Part shown: positions 56,436 to 64,000 of the stretch, piece after piece | Layout of the letters: each line of letters starts with the position of its first letter | Position numbering within the stretch: the first letter of the stretch is position 1 | Position numbers and translations under genes: made by a program | Notes under the pieces: generated by a model | Told to the model about the DNA's origin: nothing | The model's database searches: none | What the model saw: only the letters and a program-made list of their open reading frames with translations | From: an uncultured Bacteroidota bacterium | Lineage (GTDB): Bacteria; Bacteroidota; Bacteroidia; Chitinophagales; LD1 | Direction of reading: 5' to 3' | Assembly: GCA_903919075.1 (NCBI GenBank) | Contig: CAIXGR010000073.1 | Coordinates: forward strand, 11,661 to 75,660 | DNA: 64,000 nt

Positions 56436-58229
56436 ATGCTTATCTTTATTAAACCCATGCGGATAAGCCTTGCCTTTGTCTTTGTTTTGTTGCTGAAAGT
56501 TTCTTTCGGGCAGAATACTCATATTATAAAGGTGTTTTCACAAGATAAGCCTGCTACTTTTTTTGCTAAAAAGCTTTCGTACCCGGAGCATGTAAAAGAT
56601 TCGGCACAAGGACGACGTGAAGCACTTTCACTTCTGGATAAGGTACATTCTCATGGATACATAGCTGCATCTATTGATAGTATGAAGGCAGATACCGCGC
56701 ATACCTATATATATATGTATGTGGGCGAGAAGTTTGAAAAGATTGTTTTACAAAACGGAGATGTTGACGAACACCTGCTGAATGATGCCGGAGTTAAAAG
56801 CATTGTACTAAGCGGAAAGCCAATAAGAATAAGCGAGGCTTTGATGGTAAAAGAAAAGCTTATTCAGCAATGCGAGAATACGGGCTATCCGTTTGCATCG
56901 GTTAAACTGGATAGCTTTGGCCGCGAAGGCGATTTTTTTTCGGCGCAACTTTTTTTAGAGAAGAACGAATTGATTCGTTACGATACTATACGCATACTTG
57001 GCAAAACAAAAGCTAAAAGAGCATTTTTAAAAACATACTTGGCCATAAAACCCGGTAAACCATATAACGAGGCCAATGTAAAACGTATTAGCCAACGCCT
57101 GGCAGGCTTGCAATTTTTGGAACCCATTAAAGGCAATACGGTTGAATTTGTAAACGGCAAAGCAAAAGTGAATTTGTTTTTGAAAGACAAGAAATCAAGC
57201 CAATTTGATTTTTTGGTGGGGTTGCTTCCGGGTTCATCAGGACAAAAGCTTTTGGTTACCGGCGATGCGCATCTTGATTTGGTTAGCGCATTTGGTATGG
57301 GCGAAGAATTTTATTTGCAATGGCAAAAACTGCAACCCCAAACACAAACCCTGAATTTAAAAATTGTGTACCTATATCTTTTTGGTTTGCCGCTTGGTGT
57401 AAACGTAACCTTCGATCTATTTAAGCACGATACATCATATGTAGATATTAATGGCGATTATGGTATACAGTATCAGCTTTCGGGTAGCAATTACCTTAAA
57501 GCATCACTGCAACAAAAAATAAGTATAATAACCAGTGTAGACACAAATTTTATTGTTCAGAATAGAAGGCTGCCGCCCAATATTGATTTAACCAGTAACG
57601 ATTTTGCCGTTCAATATTATTTGCAAAAGCTGGATTACAAGTTTAACCCTACAAAAGGGTATGTGCTAACGGTTGAGGGTGCAGCCGGCGTGCGAACCAT
57701 AAAAAGAAATAACGCTATAGTTGCCTTATATGATGAGGTAGGCGGCCAATACTTTAGTCACCTTTATGATACGGTACACTTAACCGCGTTTGAATTTAGG
57801 TTGGGCCTGGCTATAGACAAATATTGGAGGCTTGGTTCGCGTCAAACTATAAAGACCTCGCTTGCCGGAAAATATTTTTATAGCGCAACTATCTTTCAAA
57901 ACCAGGAGTACAGGTTAGGTGGCATCAACTCGCTTCGCGGGTTTGATGACCAGTCTATTTACACGCCCTATTATGCTATGGGCAATATCGAGTATCGTTT
58001 TCTGCTTTCTAAAAATTCTTTCGTAAGCGCGTTTGTAAACGGCGCCATAGTAAAGAATGCGCCGGGTAGAAACGGAACGTTTGATTATCCCTTCGGATTT
58101 GGAATAAGTGCCGCGGTAGAAACCAAGGCGGGAATTTTTGGAATTACTTATGCTATGGGAAGACAGCTGGGGAATAAAATAAATTTCAATTCGGCGAAGA
58201 TTCATTTTGGATATTTAAACTATTTTTAG
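56436..58229 (+). CDS. BamA/TamA-family (surface antigen D15, Omp85) outer-membrane protein
   Basis: 597 aa with signal peptide. POTRA-like N-terminal region. C-terminal barrel with RLGGINSLRGFD and terminal ...HFGYLNYF. Confidence 0.75.
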   Translation: MLIFIKPMRISLAFVFVLLLKVSFGQNTHIIKVFSQDKPATFFAKKLSYPEHVKDSAQGRREALSLLDKVHSHGYIAASIDSMKADTAHTYIYMYVGEKFEKIVLQNGDVDEHLLNDAGVKSIVLSGKPIRISEALMVKEKLIQQCENTGYPFASVKLDSFGREGDFFSAQLFLEKNELIRYDTIRILGKTKAKRAFLKTYLAIKPGKPYNEANVKRISQRLAGLQFLEPIKGNTVEFVNGKAKVNLFLKDKKSSQFDFLVGLLPGSSGQKLLVTGDAHLDLVSAFGMGEEFYLQWQKLQPQTQTLNLKIVYLYLFGLPLGVNVTFDLFKHDTSYVDINGDYGIQYQLSGSNYLKASLQQKISIITSVDTNFIVQNRRLPPNIDLTSNDFAVQYYLQKLDYKFNPTKGYVLTVEGAAGVRTIKRNNAIVALYDEVGGQYFSHLYDTVHLTAFEFRLGLAIDKYWRLGSRQTIKTSLAGKYFYSATIFQNQEYRLGGINSLRGFDDQSIYTPYYAMGNIEYRFLLSKNSFVSAFVNGAIVKNAPGRNGTFDYPFGFGISAAVETKAGIFGITYAMGRQLGNKINFNSAKIHFGYLNYF

Positions 58230-58232
58230 CCG

Positions 58233-59114
58233 GTGCGAATATTTTGGATTGTATTCCTTCTTAATTTCTTTTTTGCCAGTGTAGCCTTTTCGCAAACAGA
58301 TGTGTTATCTGATGAGCAGCAACAAGGCAACGACACTGCGGCTGCACAAGCGGCTGTTATTGATTCTGCCTTAAAGTTTGGCTATGTAAACACTACGGGC
58401 GGCAAATCGTTATTGCTTGATGAAAAGAAAATAGTAGTAAACGATATAGAACAATACAACGCGCCTAGGCGCAATGCTACAGTGCTTGTGTTATTGATAA
58501 TAATGCTTGCTGCGCTTACTTATCTTAAAACAGCTTTCAATAAAGACCTTGAAGATTTACTTCAATCGGTAGTGAACCGAAACATCTCGCAACAAATTTT
58601 CAGAACACAATCGAAAGAAATTTCTTTCTCATCAATTGTATTGAATTTCAACTTTACAATTGCAATTAGTTTGTACGCGCGATTTGTTTTGATAAAATAT
58701 TTTCACGTTTCATCGCTCGAAAATTTTTCTGCAATACTTATTTTCATTTTTTTATTCACATTTTTTTATCTCGCAAAAATTATTGTTGTGAAATTTATTG
58801 GAGAGATGTTTGATGCGCGTGATGTATGCGATGAATATATTTTTAATTTTACCATAATATGCAAATCATTAGGATTGGCGCTACTTCCGGCGTTATTTAT
58901 ATTCTATACTGCACCGGATAGGTTTTTTGATTTTATTTTTATTGCTACTGTTTTTATTTCTGCAATGCTGTTGCTTATTTTTATATGGCGGGGGTTATCC
59001 ACAGGGTACAAATTAATGTACACAAGTGTATATCATTTTTTTATTTACGTTTGTGTTGTAGAAGTATCTCCGATATTTCTACTATTTAAATTGTTAACCA
59101 AAACAATTACCTAA
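58233..59114 (+). CDS. Multi-pass membrane protein (DUF4271-like)
   Basis: 293 aa with a GTG start 3 nt after the preceding stop, a signal/anchor segment and about 6 TM helices. The family assignment comes from architecture and the usual neighbourhood with hemD in Bacteroidetes, recalled from memory. Confidence 0.55.
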   Translation: MRIFWIVFLLNFFFASVAFSQTDVLSDEQQQGNDTAAAQAAVIDSALKFGYVNTTGGKSLLLDEKKIVVNDIEQYNAPRRNATVLVLLIIMLAALTYLKTAFNKDLEDLLQSVVNRNISQQIFRTQSKEISFSSIVLNFNFTIAISLYARFVLIKYFHVSSLENFSAILIFIFLFTFFYLAKIIVVKFIGEMFDARDVCDEYIFNFTIICKSLGLALLPALFIFYTAPDRFFDFIFIATVFISAMLLLIFIWRGLSTGYKLMYTSVYHFFIYVCVVEVSPIFLLFKLLTKTIT

Positions 59115-59117
59115 ACC

Positions 59118-59192
59118 ATGGCAACAAAAAAGAAAGCCGCAAAAAAAGCTGCAAAGAAGCCAGCTAAGAAGAAAGCCGCAAAAAAAAAATAA
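59118..59192 (+). CDS. 24-codon Lys/Ala-rich mini-ORF, probably the frameshifted 5' end of the downstream hemD-family gene
   Basis: The ATG lies 4 nt after the DUF4271-like stop. It encodes MATKKKAAKKAAKKPAKKKAAKKK, and the TAA comes immediately after an A10 run (59180-59189). The downstream gene's frame is open from 59168. Confidence 0.4.
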   Translation: MATKKKAAKKAAKKPAKKKAAKKK

Positions 59193-59302
59193 GTAAGCGT
59201 GCAACTTCTAAAAAGCCTGCCTCTGCAAAAGTTTCTGTAAAGAAACCGGAAGCGAGCAGCAAAACATCCAACAGTAGCAGTACTCTAAAGAAAAAGGCTG
59301 AT

Positions 59303-60169
59303 GTGATATCACCTGAAAAGAGTACTGCTTCTTTTTTGCCCAAGCCATCCAAGCCTCAAATAATCATCCCACACCGCCCTGAAAGAAATTACGCCGAGTT
59401 AATTTCGAAAGAGCCAAAAACAAAAATTAAAAATATTTTAATAGCCCAACCTCAACCCGAGGGGCCTAAGTCGCCTTATTTCGACCTGCAGACAAAATAT
59501 AAACTGAAAACATCTTTTGTGCCTTTTGTAAAAGTTGAAGGTGTGCTTGGAAAAGATTTCAGAAAACAGAGAATTGTACTAAACGATTACAGCGGAATAA
59601 TTTTTACCAGCAGAAATTCGATTGACCACTTTTTTAGAATTTGTGATGAGTTACGTGTTAAGATGAGCCAGGAAACAAAATTTTTCTGCACTTCAGAGGC
59701 CATTGCACTATATCTTCAAAAATATACACAGTATAGAAAACGTAAAGTTTTTTTTGGCGACATGAACAACAATAAAGAATTGCGTATGCTTTTAATGAAG
59801 CATAAAGATGCTACCCGTTTTTTATACATATGCGCTGAAATGGGTAAAGATGAGATACCGGCTTTTATGAAAGCAAATGGTTTTAATTACGTTGAAGGTG
59901 TTATGTACAGAACTGCACCCGTTGATTTACATGCTATAGACCCGCATAGTTTTGATATGATGATTCTTTTTAGCCCTACCGGAATTAAATCTTTGTTTCA
60001 TAACTATCCGAAGTTTAAGCAGGATAAACTTAAAATAGCGGCGTACGGAAAAACAACTGCCGATGCTGTGCTTGATAAAGGATTACATCTTCATTTAATG
60101 GCCCCGCTTGCGCAAAACACCACTATGGTAGTAGCCCTGGATCATTACTTAAGCGGTTCAAGCAAATAA
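59303..60169 (+). CDS. hemD: Uroporphyrinogen-III synthase (HemD) family protein with a basic low-complexity N-terminal extension
   Basis: 288 aa from GTG 59303. The conserved core begins at IKNILIAQPQPEGPKSPYFDL...FVPFVKVEG...IIFTSRNSIDHFF. There is no in-frame ATG before the core. The frame is open upstream to 59168. Confidence 0.8.
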   Translation: MISPEKSTASFLPKPSKPQIIIPHRPERNYAELISKEPKTKIKNILIAQPQPEGPKSPYFDLQTKYKLKTSFVPFVKVEGVLGKDFRKQRIVLNDYSGIIFTSRNSIDHFFRICDELRVKMSQETKFFCTSEAIALYLQKYTQYRKRKVFFGDMNNNKELRMLLMKHKDATRFLYICAEMGKDEIPAFMKANGFNYVEGVMYRTAPVDLHAIDPHSFDMMILFSPTGIKSLFHNYPKFKQDKLKIAAYGKTTADAVLDKGLHLHLMAPLAQNTTMVVALDHYLSGSSK

Positions 60170-60255
60170 AAACTTTGTTGCCTGTTCCACAAGGCGATTT
60201 AATAGTTTGAGGTATACGCCAATTACGGAAATTGAATTATTTTCATGGTCCAATT

Positions 60256-61227
60256 ATGTTCCGCATATTTCCTCTGTTTGTTTTTATTGGTGCATATACT
60301 ATAGCGTGTTCGCAAACCGAGCCGCAGTTTACACAGTATATGTATAACCGCTATTTATTTAACCCGGCCTATGCAGGTAGTTATGATGGTATTGACGCCT
60401 CGTTTTTATACCGCGCACAGTACGTGAATTTATCGGACCGAGCCATATCTACCGAAGGGTTCAACGTTAATTTGCCAATTGCTAAAATAAGTTCGGGCGT
60501 TGGTGTAACTGTTATTAATGATATGATAGGTTTCCAACGGTCAACCTATGTTTCGTTAGACTATAATTATCGCAAAAACTTTAAGTGGGGCAAAATGGGT
60601 ATTGGCCTTGCTGCTGGAATTATTCAAACATCATTAGATGGCTCGCAATTAAGAACTACCGGCGATACTTATACGGGTGGCGATGTAAACCATAACGACC
60701 CTTCGCTACCCAACACACTACAAAATGGTATTGCCCCTGATATATCTTTTGGAATTTACTTTAATACTGACAAGTATTTTGCCGGAGCTTCAATAAGCCA
60801 TATTGATTTATCATCAGCCAGAATAAAAACTGCTACCGGAAGTGTTGACCTGAACTTTGCCCGGAACCTATTTATAGCGGGTGGGTACGACTTTAGGTTG
60901 TCTTCTAAACTGAGCATTATGCCCAGCACTATAATAAAGACAGATTTGAAGCAGGTGCAGGTAGATGTAGGAGGCACTTTGACCATAATTGACAATATTT
61001 TGACAGGAATAACGTTTAGAGGCTATAATAAAAGCACAATCGACGCGTTATCATTGGTTTTCGGCTTTAAATATAAGGGGTTCCAGTTGGTATATTCGTA
61101 TGATGCGAACCTTTGGTATCTTACTAATTTCAATTCAGGTTCGCACGAAATAAGTTTGAATTACCGCTATGGTTTTAAGAAAAAAGAAACCCGCGGTTTT
61201 TTATATCATAACCCCCGGTTTGATTGA
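60256..61227 (+). CDS. porP: PorP/SprF-family T9SS membrane protein, positioned as PorP upstream of gldK
   Basis: The ORF is open from TTG 60232, and the first ATG at 60256 gives MFRIFPLFVFIGAYTIACSQ. Signature FTQYMYNRYLFNPAYAGS. Same strand as gldKLM and 207 nt upstream of it. Confidence 0.8.
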   Translation: MFRIFPLFVFIGAYTIACSQTEPQFTQYMYNRYLFNPAYAGSYDGIDASFLYRAQYVNLSDRAISTEGFNVNLPIAKISSGVGVTVINDMIGFQRSTYVSLDYNYRKNFKWGKMGIGLAAGIIQTSLDGSQLRTTGDTYTGGDVNHNDPSLPNTLQNGIAPDISFGIYFNTDKYFAGASISHIDLSSARIKTATGSVDLNFARNLFIAGGYDFRLSSKLSIMPSTIIKTDLKQVQVDVGGTLTIIDNILTGITFRGYNKSTIDALSLVFGFKYKGFQLVYSYDANLWYLTNFNSGSHEISLNYRYGFKKKETRGFLYHNPRFD

Positions 61228-61337
61228 TCTTATTTGGTGGTTATTAATAATGGGTGGCTATATTTTGTATTATTCCATTATTATTATAGTATAGCGCCGC
61301 GAAACAAAGCAGCAGTAGGGGTCGTATAATTAACATT

Positions 61338-61357
61338 TACTTTTGCAAATAGTTTTG
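61338..61357 (+). promoter_or_regulatory. Two tandem candidate -7 boxes (TACTTTTG, TAGTTTTG) upstream of gldK
   Basis: Both match TAnnTTTG and lie 78-97 nt upstream of the gldK ATG. Confidence 0.3.
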
Positions 61358-61434
61358 CAATGTTTTTGTAAAATCAAAAACTGATTATATTTACGGGCTT
61401 TTTAAATAAGGGGAAAACTATCAAAAACGAAAAC

Positions 61435-62715
61435 ATGAAAAACTTACATGGTCTTCTAAGTAAAGCATCAATTATGCTTTTGCTTATTGTTGCCGGTTGT
61501 AAAGGGGGATACAACGGTCAACTACTCGGAGAACTTGACCGGCCAAAATGGAATCCAATTACACCTTATGGAATGGTATTTATACCATCGGGCGTTTTAC
61601 ATATTGGGCCAAGCGACCAAGATGTTAACGACTCTCACCAGTCGCGTTCCAAGCAAGTATCTATAGTAGGATTTTATATGGACGATACTGAGATAACTAA
61701 TAATGAGTATCGCCAGTTTATTGATTACGTACGCGATTCAGTAGCGCATAAAATACAAGGCGATGCACAAACTGCAGGTGCCGATGGTGACGAGGCACCT
61801 ATTGATTGGAATAAAAAGATTGAATGGGGAGGAGGCAAAAAAGGTGGCGACCAAAGCAAATTGGAAGAAATCTATTTGCCTAAAGAAGAAAGAATATGGG
61901 GCAGAAAAGAGTTTGATTTAAGCAAAATGAAATATGATTACCAGTGGTTTGATTACAAAGCTGCTGCGCAAACCAAAAACAAAGGCAAATCAAGAACTAC
62001 CTTTATACATAAAGAGTCTTGCAATGTATATCCTGATACTTTAGTATGGGTGCGTGATTTTACCTATGCTTATAATGAGCCAATGACCCGTAACTATTTC
62101 TCTCACCCTGCTTATGATGACTATCCGGTAGTTGGTGTAAACTGGAAACAGGCGAATGCTTTCTGCTTCTGGAGAACAAGATTATGGGAAGATTATAAAA
62201 CCCCACGCGGCGAGCCTTTGATGGATATCTTCCGCTTACCTACTGAGTGGGAATGGGAATATGCTGCACGTGGTGGCAAAAAATTAGCCCCCTACCCATG
62301 GGGAGGTCCTTATGTAAGAAATACCAAAGGCTGTATACTTGCTAACTTTAAGCCCGGCAGAGGTAACTACCCCGAAGATGGTGGAATGTATACCGTACGT
62401 GCCGATGCATACTGGCCTAATGATTACGGTTTATACTGTATGGCCGGAAACGTTGCCGAGTGGACTATTACGGCTTTTAATGAAAATGCTTATTCATTTA
62501 TACACGATATGAATCCCGATATACGTTATGATGCTGAAGCTTCAGAGCCAGAAACTATGAAGCGTAAAGTAATCAGAGGCGGTTCTTGGAAAGATATCGG
62601 ATACTTTATTGAAACCGGCACCCGCCAGTGGGAGTATCAAGATACATCTAAAGCCTCATTAGGATTTAGGTGTGTAACTACATTCCTTGGAAGAGATATT
62701 TCTGACAGCAAATGA
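61435..62715 (+). CDS. gldK: T9SS/gliding lipoprotein GldK (PorK), FGE-sulfatase (SUMF1) fold
   Basis: 426 aa with lipobox LLIVAGCKGG. FYMDDTEITNNEYRQF, VGVNWKQANAFC, LPTEWEWEYAARGG, RGGSWKD motifs. Followed by gldL and gldM. Confidence 0.92.
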   Translation: MKNLHGLLSKASIMLLLIVAGCKGGYNGQLLGELDRPKWNPITPYGMVFIPSGVLHIGPSDQDVNDSHQSRSKQVSIVGFYMDDTEITNNEYRQFIDYVRDSVAHKIQGDAQTAGADGDEAPIDWNKKIEWGGGKKGGDQSKLEEIYLPKEERIWGRKEFDLSKMKYDYQWFDYKAAAQTKNKGKSRTTFIHKESCNVYPDTLVWVRDFTYAYNEPMTRNYFSHPAYDDYPVVGVNWKQANAFCFWRTRLWEDYKTPRGEPLMDIFRLPTEWEWEYAARGGKKLAPYPWGGPYVRNTKGCILANFKPGRGNYPEDGGMYTVRADAYWPNDYGLYCMAGNVAEWTITAFNENAYSFIHDMNPDIRYDAEASEPETMKRKVIRGGSWKDIGYFIETGTRQWEYQDTSKASLGFRCVTTFLGRDISDSK

Positions 62716-62810
62716 TCAAGGTAATTTTATTACCGGTAAATAAGTCAAGTTTTTAAAATTAAAAACCTAAATATTTTATTGTTTAACTTAAAAATTAAAA
62801 ACCAACTATT

Positions 62811-63605
62811 ATGGCAGACCAACAGCATCCATTAACCACCAAGAACGCCAGAGTTTACTTAAACTATGCCTACTCATGGGGTGCGGCGGTAGTTATCGCA
62901 GGGGCGCTTTTTAAAATTATGCACTGGCCTTTTGCCAATATCATGCTTATGGCAGGTATGGGTACTGAGGTAATCATTTTCATTATTTCAGGTCTTGAAC
63001 CACAGGAGGCAATGCATCCGGAATATCAGTGGGAAAGAGTTTACCCTGAACTTGCAGACGAAGGCCCGATACTTAAAAATCAAAAACCATTAACTCAGCA
63101 ATTAGATAAAATGTTGAGCGATGCAAAAGTTGGTCCTGATTTGATAAACAGCTTAGGAAAAGGTTTTTCATCATTAGGCGAGAGCGTTAAGAAGATGAAT
63201 GATTTAACCGATGCATCTGTTGCAGCTAACGATTTCTCGAAAAATGCTAAAAATGCAGCAGGCCAAATCAATACATTTGCACAAGCAGCAGCTAACGCTA
63301 CTACCGCTGTAAATACTATTGGTGCAGGTGCTGAGCATACTAAAGTATATCATGAGCAAGTTCAGAGCATGGTTAAAAACCTTTCTCAATTGAATGCTAT
63401 ATATGAATTAGAACTTCAGGACTCTAACAATCACTTGAAAGCTATGAACAAATTCTTTGGTAATTTGAATTCAGCAGCACAAGCATTGTCTGAAACAGCC
63501 ACTGACGCAACTAAATACAGAGATAACCTGGCTATGCTTAACAAGAACCTGACATCATTAAACCAGGTTTATGGCAGCATGTTAACGGCTATGAAAGCTG
63601 TTTAG
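62811..63605 (+). CDS. gldL: T9SS/gliding motor protein GldL (PorL)
   Basis: 264 aa. Two N-terminal TM helices (GAAVVIAGALFKIMHWPFANIMLMAGMGTEVIIFIISGLEP) with the conserved Glu, then a coiled C-terminal region. Confidence 0.9.
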   Translation: MADQQHPLTTKNARVYLNYAYSWGAAVVIAGALFKIMHWPFANIMLMAGMGTEVIIFIISGLEPQEAMHPEYQWERVYPELADEGPILKNQKPLTQQLDKMLSDAKVGPDLINSLGKGFSSLGESVKKMNDLTDASVAANDFSKNAKNAAGQINTFAQAAANATTAVNTIGAGAEHTKVYHEQVQSMVKNLSQLNAIYELELQDSNNHLKAMNKFFGNLNSAAQALSETATDATKYRDNLAMLNKNLTSLNQVYGSMLTAMKAV

Positions 63606-63655
63606 TAGTATTGATTGAGGAATTAAATGATTAACTAAAACTTAAGACATAAAAA

Positions 63656-64000
63656 ATGGCAGGTGGTAAATTAAGCCCAAGGCAGAAGATGATCAACATG
63701 ATGTACCTCGTGTTGACGGCGCTTCTGGCACTTAACGTGTCGCAGGAAGTATTGAATGCATTCCACCTTGTAAATGTGGGTTTGCAATCTTCGAACGGAG
63801 CGTTAACAGATAAAAATTCAGGTATTTACAAAGCGTTCGATAAGCAATTAGCGGACGATAAAGCCAAAGCCAAAGAGTTTTACGACAAAGCTCAAAAAGC
63901 AAAAAAACTTGGCGAAACATTAAATGATACATTAGCTTCTTACAAAAGAAATATTATTGCCTTAGCTGGTGGTATTGATACTACTACTGATGAAATTGTT
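63656..64000 (+). CDS. gldM: T9SS/gliding motor protein GldM (PorM), N-terminal 115 codons (runs off the window)
   Basis: This ORF is not in the ORF track because there is no stop in the window. ATG at 63656 gives MAGGKLSPRQKMINMMYLVLTALLALNVSQEVLNAF..., the characteristic GldM N-terminus and TM helix. Confidence 0.9.
   Translation, partial: MAGGKLSPRQKMINMMYLVLTALLALNVSQEVLNAFHLVNVGLQSSNGALTDKNSGIYKAFDKQLADDKAKAKEFYDKAQKAKKLGETLNDTLASYKRNIIALAGGIDTTTDEIV

Noticed and set aside
1-64000. A scan for mobile elements, defence islands, CRISPR arrays, toxin-antitoxin pairs, and compositional islands indicating horizontal transfer.
   Set aside because: No transposase, integrase, phage, restriction-modification, Cas or TA-like proteins appear among the translated ORFs. 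I saw no direct-repeat arrays and no obvious shift in base composition by eye. The window looks like core chromosome, so I do not claim a novel multi-gene system.

Overview
This is a 64-kb chromosomal segment from a Bacteroidota genome. The gene content looks Sphingobacteriia- or Chitinophagia-like: T9SS/gliding core genes porP-gldK-gldL-gldM, a second PorP/SprF paralogue next to a giant adhesin with a type-B T9SS C-terminal domain, TAnnTTTG-type -7 promoter boxes, bshA, and a Delta4-sphingolipid-desaturase homologue. I cannot assign a genus from the sequence alone.

About 50 tightly packed CDS are present, and most are housekeeping:
- Information processing: recA 3' end, ABC-F ATPase, rimP-nusA-infB, hflX.
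- Metabolism: udk, metH, purQ, a Cys/Met PLP enzyme, hemW, and a hemD-family gene.
- Envelope and transport: a GH3/beta-lactamase-fold fusion, an SBP plus two permeases of a peptide-type ABC importer, prolyl oligopeptidase, an ECF sigma factor with its partner, and several secreted or outer-membrane hypothetical proteins.

I saw no rRNA, tRNA, CRISPR array, transposase, integrase, prophage or recognisable defence island. I cannot point to a convincing new multi-gene system.

One clear cis-regulatory RNA is present: a SAM-I riboswitch in front of metH. The observations most worth a second look are small-scale:
1. An A10 homopolymer splits a Lys/Ala-rich mini-ORF from the hemD-family ORF. This is a likely -1 frameshift, slippage site or homopolymer sequencing error.
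2. A terminator-like hairpin plus U-tract lies in the roughly 50-nt leader of rimP-nusA-infB, directly downstream of a good Bacteroidetes-type promoter.
3. A perfect 21-bp inverted repeat fills most of a 112-bp divergent intergenic region.
4. A GC-rich structured spacer lies between nusA and infB.
5. The ECF sigma partner protein combines an anti-sigma-like N-terminus and TM helix with an outer-membrane beta-barrel-like C-terminus.

All functional calls come from reading the translated ORFs and recognising motifs by eye. No searches were run.
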